Assembly: GCA_022605425.2 (NCBI GenBank)
Contig: CM061248.1
Coordinates: forward strand, 62,001 to 126,000
Reading direction: 5' to 3'
From: Hamiltosporidium tvaerminnensis FI-OER-3-3
Lineage: Eukaryota > Fungi > Microsporidia
DNA: 64,000 nt
Below, in pieces: positions 37,758-51,944 of this stretch. The position numbers were made by a program, and so were the translations under genes. Below the pieces are notes generated by a model, which was given only the letters and a program-made list of their open reading frames with translations, searched no databases and was not told the origin of the DNA. The stretch's first letter is position 1. Every line of letters begins with the position of its first letter.

Positions 37758-39029
37758 TTAATCTGAATCTCGTAAATCCCAAATAAGAGCAAATCTTGTT
37801 GTTTTATTGAAGACACTTGATAAATATTTTTTTTTGTTTTTTAAACTCCAAGTGACTTTTTCTTTGATTAGACTTTCATCAAATTCAATATCTAAAAGTT
37901 CTCTTGTTTGCAAATTAAATATGAGCTTAAAATATAGACCTATTCCATCCGAAATCAAGGAAATAGCTACCGCTGATTTATCTGGTAATAAATTCATATC
38001 CCGGGGATCAGGATTTAATTCAAATTCCAGTGACATATCCTTAATATAATATTGAATTGTAAAATATTCAAATCTTAACTTATCAGCAGATTTGCAAGTC
38101 TTCTTCAAAAAGCTGGAAAATTTATTCGTAAATTTAAAACATTTGTTTTCGGTTTCAAGTATTTTTAAAAGTTTAAATGAAATATTGTAATTGCAAAAAT
38201 CATTTGAAACATCTAATGTCTTATTCGACTCCATAGCATCAAGGGATAGCGAAAGATTTCTACCAGTTTTATAGAACTCAGTTGAAAAGGCGTATGGTAT
38301 GACATCGAATTTATTTAATTCGTCAAAATAGCATTCATTTAGTTTTTGGTTTCCTGCAACTAAAAAACCTTTACAGATTTTTCTTTCTGAAAATAAGCTC
38401 AAAACTTGAGTTAGGAAATTATAAAAAAATTGATAATATTTATCGTCTAATTTTTTATGGAAAACCGGAAAGAAGGACATTGAATGGTCTTTGGTTTGGT
38501 AAGAAAACTTTGAAAGTATTTCATGCATCATACAACTGTAATATATAATAGTTTTTCGTCCCATAATTTTTAAATAATCCTTACTTTCATATTTTTTAGA
38601 GTTTCTTCTTCCGATTGGACAATATAATAGATTCAAAAGATTTAAATGAACAGTTTTATTCGGAAATCTAAATTCAACTATATTTTTACTTATTCCTAAG
38701 ATTTCTTTCAGAAACCTTGTTTCAAATTCGAAATCATTCGTATATAGCAGTATCGCACAGGTTATTTTCATGTCACCCGAATAAGATCTGGTCCAAAAAT
38801 TTGAAATATCATTAGAAAGTATTTCCAAATCTGAATATTCGTTGTTCAAGAATAAATATTCCATACCAGCGATTTCTAACAAACCATTAAAATTGTGCAT
38901 ATGTTGCATATCAATTTTGTGTTGTAGTATGTCTAATATATTATCAATCTTGGTCTCATTTTCCAAAAAATACTTAGATTCTTGTTTTATACTAGCATTC
39001 AACATACAGATCACAGTAAGGAAATACAT
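37758..39029 (-). CDS. Hypothetical protein (423 aa), possibly secreted
   Basis: Long ORF with a short hydrophobic N-terminus (MYFLTVICMLNAS); no recognised domain. Confidence 0.7.
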   Translation of the reverse strand: MYFLTVICMLNASIKQESKYFLENETKIDNILDILQHKIDMQHMHNFNGLLEIAGMEYLFLNNEYSDLEILSNDISNFWTRSYSGDMKITCAILLYTNDFEFETRFLKEILGISKNIVEFRFPNKTVHLNLLNLLYCPIGRRNSKKYESKDYLKIMGRKTIIYYSCMMHEILSKFSYQTKDHSMSFFPVFHKKLDDKYYQFFYNFLTQVLSLFSERKICKGFLVAGNQKLNECYFDELNKFDVIPYAFSTEFYKTGRNLSLSLDAMESNKTLDVSNDFCNYNISFKLLKILETENKCFKFTNKFSSFLKKTCKSADKLRFEYFTIQYYIKDMSLEFELNPDPRDMNLLPDKSAVAISLISDGIGLYFKLIFNLQTRELLDIEFDESLIKEKVTWSLKNKKKYLSSVFNKTTRFALIWDLRDSD

Positions 39030-42000
39030 AAACCAGGATGAAAATATTTTTTTTAGAAATGTATTTAAATTAAATTAATTTATCGGAAATTTTATATTTT
39101 ATCAAAAAAATTCTATTTAAATTGATTAAAAATTAAAAAGAGCATACTAATAGAATTATTCGTTTATAATCACTTCAAATATATTTTAATTAAATTAATT
39201 TACAAAAAATCTTCTACAAAATACTATGCGACTAGAAAAATATTTTTTAAGTAAAATATTTACCAATACTATTTTCAAAATGACAAATTATTTAGAATTT
39301 CCATTTACCTTAAAAACTCATTACTTTGGTTTAAATTCAGAGAAATAAAATTATATATAAAAGAGATTGCTTAACAATTAAAATTGAAAACTAACTAGGA
39401 AATTGATTAATGTAGTACTTAAAAGACACCAGTCATAAAATAGATTTCTTCTTTTTCAAAATTTTATTGTATGCCACATAAAATTCTCGCTAAATTTTAT
39501 TAAAAAATTTTTAAGCAACAAAAATCTATTTAGTTTGAATTTCCCAACTACATCTATATCTACTCTACATATACAAGTTTAAGATAACTAAATACCAATT
39601 ATATAATACTAATTACACTTTTAAAAGATTCTAATTGTTTAATGAATAAAGGTATCCAAGTAGTTTAAATCTGTAACCATTTAATTCCATTCGATTTCTA
39701 CAAGTCAAATTTACTAAGGTACAATAAGACAAATTATATATTGAAAATAATAATAATTTTTCTGATATTCAAATTATATTACACATTTGTCATTAAAAGA
39801 TAGAAATATCAAATTACAAAGAATTATCGGGCGTATATTCTAAATTGAGACATTTTAGTAGTATTATATTATTTATAGCAGAGAATTTCCCAGTTATTCA
39901 ATATTGAATCAATGTACTGGCTATTTGGTGGATTCATCTATATCTTGCCTAATGCTCTACCGTAAGTTTTGAAATCAATTTCTTTTACACAAAAGATACA
40001 TTTTACGTTAAAACACCGACATTTTAAATTCACATTATTCGAAATTTTACACCATGAAATCACAATTAATATGTAATTTAGAGTTTTTTTGGATTCACTC
40101 AGATAGATTTTATATCCTTGAATAAAAATCAAGGTATTGTTCAGAATTATGTTCAATAATGTGTTTTGTATTACTATTAGTGTTTTTTTTTAAATTATTT
40201 TCCCGTTATTTTATATATTTTTAGTGCAATAAATGTCTAATTTGAGTAATTATTGTGGTTTCAATAACTAATTGTTTAATCTAGCTCATAACCATATCGA
40301 TTACACAGGTATAAAAAGTATAGCAAATAAAAGCCCGAAATAATACATTGAATCAGTTTTAAACATAAAAAGTAATATATTCACTTTAGTTTTTCTCATA
40401 AGTCATTTTCTCTCCTTTGCATGTTTTTAATATATTCGAAATTTGTATCAGAATCATGTATTCATACAAACACAAGTGAAAAAGCTATTATCGAAATGAA
40501 AAATGTTTGAAAAAAACTTATTTTTAAAAATAGGTTTAAGCTGAATGATTACATTTAAGAATTTATTTTATGGAAGAATCATGATCTAAAACTCGAAGTA
40601 AAATATTTTTAAAAAGTAAAAAAAACTTCATATTAAACAAAATGAATATATGCAAAAAGGTTTTTTTTAATATTAATATTATAGCAAATTTCTTAATTAG
40701 AGCTAAAATACAAAAATTCTCAGCTGCCTTCATCGAAAGGTTTAACATGAATTCAATATCAAATAATTATATTTTTTAGAATAAAAAATAGTATAGATTT
40801 GGTTTATATTTAAACACCGATGAAATAATTAACGCTGGTTGATTTAACTCGAATAAAAATACTAAGCTCAGGATATATTTTCAATTCAATCGCAAGGTTT
40901 TTAAGGTAATATCAGCGAGAAAAACTGCAAAATAAAAATTCTATATTATGGTGTTTACCTTTAGAGTCTAAAAATTATTTGATTAAAGATAAACATTGCA
41001 GTATCGAAGCAACTTTTTTCAGAAATATAAAAAATCCATTCATCTGATTCAAAATTAAATCAAATGTTTTTTTTTTCAGTTCAATTCAATCAAAAGTAAG
41101 TAAATGGGTTTGAGACCTTTATAAACACAGAGGTAAACGAATATGGTGCTAAAAGAATAACATTAAGTTTGTTGTACATATAAATATTATTATCCACTTA
41201 TTAAGTGAGTGAAGAAACTATCCTGTGTGTATTTATTTCTTCGAATATCTGAAAAATACCTGTAAGTAACCCATCGACTACCTATTATATTCATTCTTTA
41301 TTCTTTGATGAAATAATAATGCAAATAATATTTTTTGGCTTTTCTAGTAGTAAAATCGTATCGAAAATCTTACGAATCACACATGAATAAGGAATATCTT
41401 TTTTTGAATATTTGAGTGCTATAAAAAATGAAATTTTGTGTTTCTTAAACAAAGGTTTATAATATGTTTCCAATTGTTGAAATTTGTTTCATTGGGACTT
41501 CATCGGTTTAAAACTATCAAATTGAATGTGTTTTTCACATAATATCTCATATCTTATGGGAAAGATAGGATCCGAAATTTGAAATGTATGATGAGAGTGT
41601 CTACAAATTTAGCATTCGTTTTTTAAAAACAAATAAAACATTTTAGAATTTTTGTACCAGTATGAGCATCACATGTTGTTCAATTGTTTTATTTAGTAAT
41701 GTTTTCAATATATTAGCAATAACTACATTTTCCAGTAAAAACTAACCACACTGAAACATTTAATTAAATATTAAAACAATAAACAATGAATAATTTAATA
41801 GCACTGTGATCATGATTATAGTAAGTTAAAAAAAGAAATCACTAAGGTAACTTAAATTAATTTATAAATTTTTTTATTTCGACTACAATAAGTATAAACA
41901 GTCATAAAATCTTTAAAATATTATGAATGATTTTATCTTCAAAGTCATTAAATAAAATACAAACAACATTTATACAATATACATTCATCGAAAGTAATAT

Positions 42001-42748
42001 ATCAAAATATAATTAATCTTAAAAGATCTCAAGTAATACTACAAAAAAAGTTGTTAATTATATTATAATTTATATCCTAAGACAACCAAAAGACATTTTT
42101 TGCATCAAAACCACCTTTGAAAATATAAGGTTAAATGTCATTCGAATAGATATAAAGTTAATATTATCTACGGGTTAAATAAAATGTCTTGAATATTATC
42201 ATAGTTTCTTAAAAAGTTTAAACAAAAAAATATTTCAGTAAAGATCTTATTAGATTTCAAAATTCATTTTAGCGTTGTATCACAAAAATTTTCTTTCAAA
42301 AAAAGTATTTTAGGTATAAAATTTTATTCGTCGTTAATTGTTTTAATGTTTGTTTTAATTTTTAAAGACCGAAGAACGACCATTTAAAAATATAAGTTTA
42401 AAGTTTTCAAATTCCCATATTTTGTTGCCAGATAAACGAGCTTCTTTGGAAATTTTTGTTTAATTTGAAAACTTATAAATTTCGATTTTTATAAATTTTA
42501 TTCAAACATTGAAAATTGTACAGTTATTGGGATTTTGCTGGTAGATATAAACTTGATTCTAATTTTAACACAATTCTTTCAAATCATTTTTTAATAATAG
42601 ATTTAAATTTAAAATATTTCAAAATTAATTTGAATTTGAATATGTTCTGCAAAAAATTGCATTTTAAATTGTAATGTCTGAATTTGTTGTACTTAAATAT
42701 TTTCTAAATTCAAACTTTTTATTTAGTTTTAGTTCTGTAGAATATATT

Positions 42749-43470
42749 GTGGCGCAGGGAGGATAGCCACATAAAAAACTATCTATTGGCAATGTGTATG
42801 TGAAACTAATGTGAAAATCATGGTTTAGATTTTTGGTAGAAATAAAATTACGCTGCATTTTCGGTTGTTTCATGGAAGTTTGTATAAAAAGAAGAGGTCT
42901 AAGAAGCGAGAAGCTTTTTCTACGAATTTATTTGTAGTTTTTTATATAATTTGATCGGAGACTGCAGCTGACCATGTAGGTAATTGCCATGTAAAATCAT
43001 GGAAACCTAGCCTTGCTCACTCGTGTTAGAAGAATTAGCGCCTAGGATATATAAAAATGAAAACCATTAAAAGCCGGGAGAGTTAAGTAGCAGCTTATAC
43101 CTGTTGATATGACATTGCACTGTCTAGGTGGACCCCATGTAAGTCTTTGAAATAATCTTGGCTAGAAGTTTATTGGGTTCAGAAAAGGGTAAATTAAGGG
43201 AGAATGCTGCATAGTCTTGGAGGAGCGCAAGAAGGGCTTCGATCACACTCCATGCAACGGACATTAACGAGCTCTGGGTAACTTCCTCGCCTATTAATCG
43301 GGTTCTACGCCCTGGTAGATAAAAGGCTTTGGGACTTAGGTATCGCAGGATTTACTGATAGAGTGTTGATGAAGCAGTTATTTATGTTAAACCTAGAACA
43401 GCGTTAATGCCATGAAAACAAATATAACACTTTCCACTGTTTTAAAAGATGCGATACTTTTAGATGAAAT
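42749..43470 (+). mobile_element. SINE-like element, copy 4
   Basis: Full-length match beginning GTGGCGCAGGGAGGATAGCCACAT; the short UNCG hairpin is partly deleted in this copy. Confidence 0.9.
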
Positions 43471-43527
43471 TTATTCAAATTTAAAAAAAATAAGTAAGAT
43501 AGAATTAAAAAAAACGAAATAATTTAA

Positions 43528-44079
43528 CTATTCATCAGCTTCACTAAAACATATGTTATCTTCATAATATTTTAAAAGCCATAAAGGACAGTGAAGATGG
43601 GCGTGCTCAATAGGTACTATTGAAACACTATCATCAGTAAACTCAATTTCAACTTCCAATTCAGAAGTAGAAAGATTTCTATGAACACATGCAATCCTTT
43701 TCACTTTATCGTCCCACTTATTCGTGATTATTCTTGTTGTAATCCCTTCATCTTTTGATGATTTTTTCTTTTTATTTACTACATTTTCATCCATTTTTGA
43801 GGCTTCGGATATAGAAGAAGAAGCTGATCGACGTGGTCTTGCTTTTTCTTTTATCGGAGATGAGGTTATTTGTGTTTGTAGAACCTTTTTAGCTTCTAAC
43901 TCCTTTTCACAACGAGATTCAAATTCGTCAATCAAATCTTTACAAAAAATATCTTTAGCATATTCCCATGTATTATGTTCATCTGAATAACCGTCCCATT
44001 TTATCAAATATTGTTTTTTTCCTTTAAACTTCCTAGTATCCATTATCTTCTCGACTGAATATACATTCTCATCTTCCAT
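43528..44079 (-). CDS. HP1/Swi6-like chromodomain + chromoshadow protein
   Basis: Chromodomain YSVEKIMD...YLIKWDGYSDEHNTWE, a basic/Ser-rich hinge, and chromoshadow-like WDDKVKRI...AHLHCPLWLLKYYEDNI. CCCATC-ATG start. Confidence 0.88.
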   Translation of the reverse strand: MEDENVYSVEKIMDTRKFKGKKQYLIKWDGYSDEHNTWEYAKDIFCKDLIDEFESRCEKELEAKKVLQTQITSSPIKEKARPRRSASSSISEASKMDENVVNKKKKSSKDEGITTRIITNKWDDKVKRIACVHRNLSTSELEVEIEFTDDSVSIVPIEHAHLHCPLWLLKYYEDNICFSEADE

Positions 44080-44574
44080 GATGGGTTCTCAAATATTTTT
44101 TAAAAAAATACCAACTCTTTTAAATATTTAATAAATAAATAAAAATTTTCATAACCAAATCAAACTCTTTAAGGTAGAAAAGTTGCTCTTGAAGCAATAT
44201 GAACCTCAATTCTGTTTTTAAACTATCAGTAGAAACACTTCAATCGGGCTATACGAATATTTATATTTCATATTTATAAGACATTTTGTTTTTTTCTGAA
44301 TAATGTACAAAGCCAACGATCCATAAATATATTTATTTAATTCGAGTTATTTCTTTAAGAAAGCTAGATCTTAACGAAATATATTATGAAATAAACGCCT
44401 GAATTTTAACTAAATTTAGTTTTTTAACACGAATACTGCTTTTCTTAAAATTCATATTCATCCTTAAAACAGCAAAGCTAGTTTTATTTGATTATAATGA
44501 ATGAAACCTATAAAGTAATTACTTCATATAAATTATAAAAATTATGAAGTATAATGCAAATGAAGAAAAATGCA

Positions 44575-45280
44575 TTACCCATAACAATGGCAGGCGATGC
44601 TGCCTTTATGATTTGACTCGTATATAAGTCTAACAAAAATGACTGCCCCAACACTTCATCGGTACACTTTCGATACCTATATCCCAAATTCTTTCATCTA
44701 AAAGATATATATAACCTAATTAATGTTTAGGCAGGTGCTTCAAAATTCGTTAATGTCTTTTATATGAAGGGTGATCGTACTTCAGAAACTCACCCTTTGG
44801 CTCCCTGGTACTATGTAGCATTCCCACTTAAACTACACTTTCGAAACCTGATAAAATTCTACCTAAGATTAATATTCGGCGACTTATATGAGTTCTACCT
44901 AGAAATTTCAATAGTCATATTAATAAGTATAGCCTTCTACTTAGCTTTCCTGGCTTATTATAGGTTTTTGTTTTATATCTCCAGGCGCTAAGTCTTCAAA
45001 CCTGCGCGAGAAAAATCAGAGTTACATGCTTTAACAGGAATATTACGTTCATTTTCAATTTTCCGTCTGCAATCTAGTTAAATATCAAAACTGTACAGTA
45101 TTTATAGCAAGGATTCCACTGTTTTGTAGACCCCTTCCTCCTTATAAAAATTCTAATGAAATAACCGATAATTTAGTGAGGCTATTGTCTCATTAAAATC
45201 CACAAAAATAATTTTTATACTAATTTCACATGCTTTTGCCAATAATATGGTTTTTATTGTAATTATTTGCCTTCCGCCAT
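44575..45280 (-). mobile_element. SINE-like element, copy 5 (degenerate)
   Basis: GACTGCCCCAACACTTCATCG, TTCGTTAATGTC, AGGCGCTAAGTCTTC, TGTAGACC; 5' end CTTCCGCCA on the + strand. Confidence 0.8.
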
Positions 45281-47669
45281 GAAATGGGAAATTATATTTT
45301 TTAATTGGCATCATTATAATTTTATGTAAATAATAAAAATACTTAAAAACAGGCAATGAAAAAATATTTGAGCAAATTCTATATATTATATAATCGATTA
45401 AGGCCACTAATACCCCCGAAATCATAAATTGGTTCAAAAAATCAAGACATTCATAATAATGATCTACTTTAACATTTGATTTTATAATTTGTTCATTAAT
45501 CTTTAAAGCCTATATTGAGCCGTAGAAGTAACATTAGGGTTCATTTGTGAAACTTTAGATTGATTTGAAAAATCTGCTCTTTTATAGTATATCATACTAA
45601 AAATATTGCTTAATATTTTTTTTACTTTTTCAAGGTGTTATTCTAATTCTAAAATAAATTACTTTAAATCAGTACCTCTCTAATTTATTTTTTTGCGGTT
45701 TAATGATTCATAAACAATAGCCACAATGAATTAATGTTTGCAGCTTTTCTCTTACACTTTATTTATACATTAATAGTTCGAAAAACATTTATGCTTAGAA
45801 CAATATCATAGAATTTGCTTCAGCACCAGTTTAAAAATTCATACTATAAAAAACAAGAAAGTATACCTTAACTTAGTTGAGATATGCCTCAAGATACGTG
45901 AAAAATGTTTTTTTAGAACAAAGAAAAAACTTTGCACTCCTTAAATTTAACGAAAGGTAAAGTGCTACAAAAAAACAAATGATACTCTTAACAGAATAAA
46001 AATAATATAAAGCTTAATTTCTAAAATAAAAGAAATGAAGTAGGACAAAAAGCAAAATCTACGATTAAAATATATCTTTAATTTTTATTTTAAATTGCAC
46101 AGGGGCATTTGAATCTAGATATTAAACACGAAACAAGATATATCTGTGCTAATATATTCTGAATTATTTAGCTTTATTGAAAAATGAGAAATTATGGCTC
46201 TGTTAATGAAGTTTACGAAGATAATTAAGTTTGTTACTGTTTTTTTGAAAATACAATTTGATTCGTTTATACATGCATAACACTAGTATAAGATTGCAAA
46301 ATAAAATTTTTAAAACAGATTACACCGAAATCTAACGCTTTTTGGAGATAATCATAGAACTATATCTTTAGATGATTTATAAATAACTATCTTCAAATGG
46401 TTTCGTAGCAGTGTTTTAAGTAAATTAATGTAAATTTCATATTTTATAATTATTTGTTTTATACAAGAGAGTTAATAACAAAATCCATGAATATTAGCTG
46501 CACTAGTCTTAACAGATAAGAAATGAGACGAAATTCAATTTCTTTGAGAACTAAGAAACACTTTTATAAAAAGAAGATGCTGACTGATACAACCAATCAA
46601 TACTGATATTATACATATACTTAATAAAAAAAGGCATCAAGCAAACATTAATCAAAGCTATTAAACACTAAATTGTAAATAGAATGCCCGAAAATCATGA
46701 AATGACACATAATATAGAAAGTGATGTGATAAAACTTAAAGGTCAGATTAAGGGTGAAACAGAGAGCGAGAACCAAAGAAAACGATAGAAATAGTCTATA
46801 AAGAATAAATTAATCTAGTTAATTAGTCAAATGGTTTTCTGTGTTACCAATGTTTTTGTTAAACGCTTACATCTGTTCTTGTGAGAAGATAAACTTTCTT
46901 TTTCGATTTTTTTGATATAAAGATTTAATGTTTTTTTGTACTGCTTTCCAGAGGATTTTTTGAGAGACTGCCATTTTTAAGAAATATGACTTTATATGAT
47001 GGCTGGTGGCTTACGTGTTTTTTATATATATTTGATCATATTATATCCTAAGTATAAATCGGAATAAGTTTTCCTTCACATCAAGAGTAAAAATTCTATA
47101 ATAATTTCCGTTTTAGAATTGAAAATTATTTTATTTAAATTTTGATTCTATCTTACATCTAAATGTATTAAAAAAACTCGAGGCTAGTTTTTTATATCGC
47201 ACAGAACTTAATATTATATGAACCTAAAATGATAATTTGTTTCTTATAAATGAATCAGGGTATAATTTTTGCTGCCGCTTTTGATATTTCTGCTGTAATT
47301 TAGATTGAAGAAAATCATAGGATAAATAGGGGAGGAAAAGTTGACTGCAGAGATTGCCTTTTTTGCTGAATGGGGAATAATCATTTGATGGTTGTTTACA
47401 GATATAAAACCATTAACTATTGTCTGCCGTGTTGTTAGCGGTGAGTTTCTGTATTTTAGATTTCAATTTTATATAAATTATACAAACATTATCTAAATGT
47501 CGATTTTTAAGCATATATTTCTATCCATTATTTATTTAAAAAATATACTGCATATTATAGGAAACATAAAAAAATTTTACCTGATAATGAAGCGATATTA
47601 TGTTTCCATTTCACTCAACAAAGAAGATTTTAATTTTGTTTTTGTTGAGAAAGTCTGCTTGTGTATTTC

Positions 47670-48020
47670 TTTATCCTCAGAGCTACTGTCCTGCACAGGC
47701 CTTGGCCTCCCTCAGTAATGTCGCCCACCGGCCTTTTTACAGCGCAACATTTCACCAGTCTTTTACTCCCAGATGTCAGGCGGGCATTTCGATTTGATCA
47801 ATCTAGCGAGTCTTGGGTCTTCCCACCTTCCTTTTTCCGACTGGTATATGGTTCAAAACTTTGGAAGGTATGCGATGTTCCCCTATTCTTAGCCCGATTC
47901 CTGCTCAACGGATTATGTTCAGACAGACTAAGTCTACTACTGTCATATTCCTTAATTCAATGTAGAGTTTCCTGTTGAGTCGTTTCCTTCACCTGCCATT
48001 TCCTTCTTCAAATCCATAAA
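47670..48020 (-). mobile_element. 3' end of an RTE-clade LINE
   Basis: GC-rich. The minus strand translates to RIPSKVLNHIPVGKRKVGRPKTR*IDQI...LGVKDW...RWATLLREAKA, a typical RTE ORF C-terminus. Confidence 0.8.
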
Positions 48021-48437
48021 TACGTTGCATTACTTTCCTTTCAAAATTTGCTTGCGTATATTTTATTCAAAAAAATAGTAAACAAAAAAAACTAAAATTA
48101 CCTTACAAATATAAATTAAAAACAATTTAATTTTTTTGTCTGATTTCTTTGAGATCAAACCATTACCTCTATCTTTTCTGATTATATTAACTAAACTTTG
48201 AATTTTAGGATCTATAAAAAGATATATTTGCCGACAGTAAACAAGATTTTAATTAAGTACAAATAATAATCCTTCTAAAATTTTTTCGATATTTTACGAA
48301 ATATTTCCAGAATATTTTTCGCGAAAGGACGCAAATACGCTAAATTTTTTTTAAATATTTAATAAATATTTCAAATTAATATATCAAACACGATTAATGA
48401 AAATTCAAAAGTAAATTTATAATTTACAAAAGAGAAT

Positions 48438-50840
48438 TTATCTAGAAAAACAAATATTAGTTTCTTTAAAATAACTTTGTAAGGTGTTATCTAGGACATT
48501 TTGCTTCTCTTTAAATCTAAACATATTAGTTTCACCGATGCAAATTTCTTTTAAAGAAGATGATACTAACCACATTTTAAATGTAAACAAATCTAGATTC
48601 AACCTACAAAGTAGCAAGGATAACTTCTCAAGTTTTTTAAATTTACACAAATAAATTATATCTGTGGAATTTAGAACTACGGATTCAAAAATCACACTCT
48701 TTAAGCAATAAAGAAACGTGCATTTATCACCTAAATTACAAAAACTGCAATCGAGAAATTTTGTTTGGCAAAGAACAAATTTTTCCAGAACTCCAAGCTT
48801 TTTTATTCGATTCAAATCCTTCATATTTAATTTACTTTAGAAAAAATGATTGTTTTTAATTTATAATTGCATAGCATACATAAATTCGATATATTACCCG
48901 GAATTAAACCGGGCCCGAATAAACCCAACTGTTTTACAACAACAAGATTACTTAGAATATTTAGCCTATTTATAAACTCAATGCTTTCAAATCGGATATA
49001 CAATGAATTGATGTCTCTTGGGGCAAAAAATAAAGATTCTGATCTCCTAGGTATATCAATTTAATATGACTCTAAATGTAAATTAGTTAAATTTTTAAGC
49101 TTAAATATTTCTCTTAAACTAAAATAGCTTATTTTAATGTATTTTATAACAAGCTCTTTCAGGGAACAATAATTGTCATTAAAATCAAAATTAAATCCTT
49201 CTTCGTCCATATATTCGGCTCGATATTCGCTTTCTAGTTGTAAAAATCTTATTCCTGGGTTCCGAAAAATAACATTACAAAGTTTATTGCTAATGCCATT
49301 TTGGCATATGCTTAAGCTCTCGAAATTTTTCATACAGTCGATTGCTTCTAGAAGCCAATTTTCATTTTTTGAATCAACAAAACAATGGCTGATTTTTAAA
49401 GTTTTTAATGACTTGAAACGAACTAAAGAATCGCAAAAACTCGTGGATATTTTGAAGCAGCAAAATAGTACTTCAAAATATGTAATGTCTTTAAATGAAT
49501 AGGAATCGGAAAACGCTTTTAGAAAATAGTTTTGTGACACTATAGAATAAAAATCCAGTATAATTTCATGAGCATTTCCGCTTTCAAAAAAATCCGTCCA
49601 CCAAGCAAAACTTATATCAACATGAACAAAATTAATGTACTCTAAAGTTTTGATTATATCCGAATATTATATCCATGAAATGATTGATTCATGGGCATTG
49701 ATGTATCGCTCAGCATCAAACCTTTAAGTTTTTGACTTTTTAAAAATAATCCGAGAATATCCCAAGGTATAAACAGATTTATAAATCGTATATATTCTAA
49801 ATCTTTTCGCACAAACCTACTTAGTTCTTCGAAAAATGCTGAAAAAGATTCGTTCCTGAAATTCGAAATAGTTTTTGATTTAAAAATAGTTATCGTAAAA
49901 ATATAGAATTTGAAGCTCTTATTCTGAATTTTATTTTTACATTAATTATCTAATATCAATGAGTAAATACCAACTGAATTCAGTAGAACTCGGAAAATAT
50001 TTAATAAGTAAGTGTTTTTGAATATATTTTCTAAGAGAAAAAATACATTAATATTATTGATCAAAATATTTTTATAAGGAATATGTTCATCAAAGAGTGA
50101 TACTTCATATTTTTCATAGATATTTTTTAATAAAACTAAATTTTCGTTATAGAAAACAGATTCAATCATAAGTGTGTTTAAAAATCCCAAAATAATAAAT
50201 TTCTTAACATAATAGTCGATTTCCATAAAAGAGCAAGAATCATAAATTTATTCAAAACTTAAACAATCATTTCTTGAAGTATTATTACTGCAGTAAACAA
50301 AATATTGAACATCAATATTTTGAAAAACTTAGCAATGTTTCGATTTTCTACTATATGTAAACACCTCATGATTGTCAACATACATTTAACTTGATGAATA
50401 TTCAAGATTTCTGGAAATTCTACCATATCCCTGGTTATTCGTAGAAAATATAATAATTCGAAGTCACATTCGATTTTGCCATTCTTATATTTATTTTCTG
50501 GTGCATTTGGTGCCAAAAAATTGTCAAACAATTCAAATTTAATATCGTTCCGATTTTCGTACAAAAAAACTTGTTTCTTTTCAGCTCTAATTTCTAAACC
50601 AACATCAAAGAAGATTTTGAAACTATATTTTTCATTAATATCATCATTAAGAAGCAGTCCTTCTTTTTTTTGAGCAAATATTAGAATTTCAGAGTTTTCA
50701 TTTCTTTCAAAACCATAGATATATTTATTAGTACTAGCAAACTCTAAGGATATTAAACTGCAAAAAATTCGCAAGTAAATCGAAATGGCGTCAAAACCAA
50801 AATTTGATTTCTTCTTGAAACTCGATCTCATCTTTAACAT
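48438..50840 (-). pseudogene. Fragmented leucine-rich-repeat protein gene
   Basis: Four consecutive same-strand ORF pieces. LRR patterns FKSLKTLKISHC, LKELVI, LKNLTNLHL and KKLEKLSLLLC; a signal-like segment in the first piece. Confidence 0.75.
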
Positions 50841-51944
50841 TACAATTGATTGATTTGGAATATTTTTATATTAAAAATAGATATTTTATAAATACATTTT
50901 ATCAATTAATATATTTAAAAATATAAGTTAATCAAAATTCTTTTTAATTAATCATTTCGATAAATGAAAAACTTCTACAGTTTAAACAAATTCATACTAA
51001 AAGTGTCTATGAAATCCGTTTAGGATGTTGGTATGAATGAGAAATGCCCCGAAAATATGCAAAGCAGAAATAAATCTCATAAGTAATTACGCTTAACAAA
51101 CAAGAAAACAGTTTTGGGCGTAGAATCGTAAATTAAATGTCTTAATTATATCAGCCATCTGTTTTCTATAGATTTTTTTAGAAAATTTTAAATTTTATCG
51201 ATGGAAGAAGAACCATATAAATTGCTTATTGATAAAAAAAAATCTATTATTTTTTTTCTAACGAAATTTTTGTTGGATTTTATAGGTGGAAAATTTGCAA
51301 TGCAAGTAAGAAATTGGAAGTCAAAAATAAAATAATGACTTAAACAAACTAATTTTTTTATTTATTATCAAAAAATTGTTCTGCAATCACCACCATTATT
51401 TTTTATTGTTACTATGTTGTTGCCAGAAATCGAAGATCGGTAAGAATCTTTCCTCCATAAAACATTTCCTATGTCTATTTTTAATTTAAACCATTTTTTT
51501 GATTTTTTGAAAATATTTGAATGTTTCCTACTCTTTAAAAAGCTATTAGTTGCTATTTCTCTTTTTTCCCACCCAAATACTTTGCTTTGGTATAAAAGGC
51601 TTTGACTTAAATTTAAAGAATAATCGATTCATACATTAAAATACTGCTATATGTATTTGGTTAAATGGTTTCTCCGGGTATGAACTGCGTTTTTATAGTT
51701 GTCTACAACAATTTTTTGTTTTCCTTTTTTCAAAAATATCTTGTAAAAATATAAATATTAAGTTAGCAGATGGCTAGAAAAGAAGAAAAAAGACTAAAAA
51801 ATTATGAGTGGTAGAAGACTGAAAAACAGCCTTAAAATATAAATTTTTACTATTTGGCTGTGTTTTAATGGTTTTCTTTACGTTTTTTTGAATAAAAATT
51901 CTATAGAAATAAAAGGAACCGATTGAATTACGACATTAATTAAA

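Noticed and set aside
42748-43440. Repeat interpreted as a solo LTR or MITE (GTGGC...GCCAC ends)
   Set aside because: Similarity among copies continues ~30 bp past GCCAC to an AAATAAA tail, and the clear TSD is 11 bp. A retroposon fits better, though this is not fully excluded.
1166-50673. Many short ORFs antisense to real genes, or F/I/L-rich ORFs in AT-rich DNA (e.g. 4118, 5426, 24495, 37083, 43724)
   Set aside because: Shadow or compositional ORFs with no motifs or start context.
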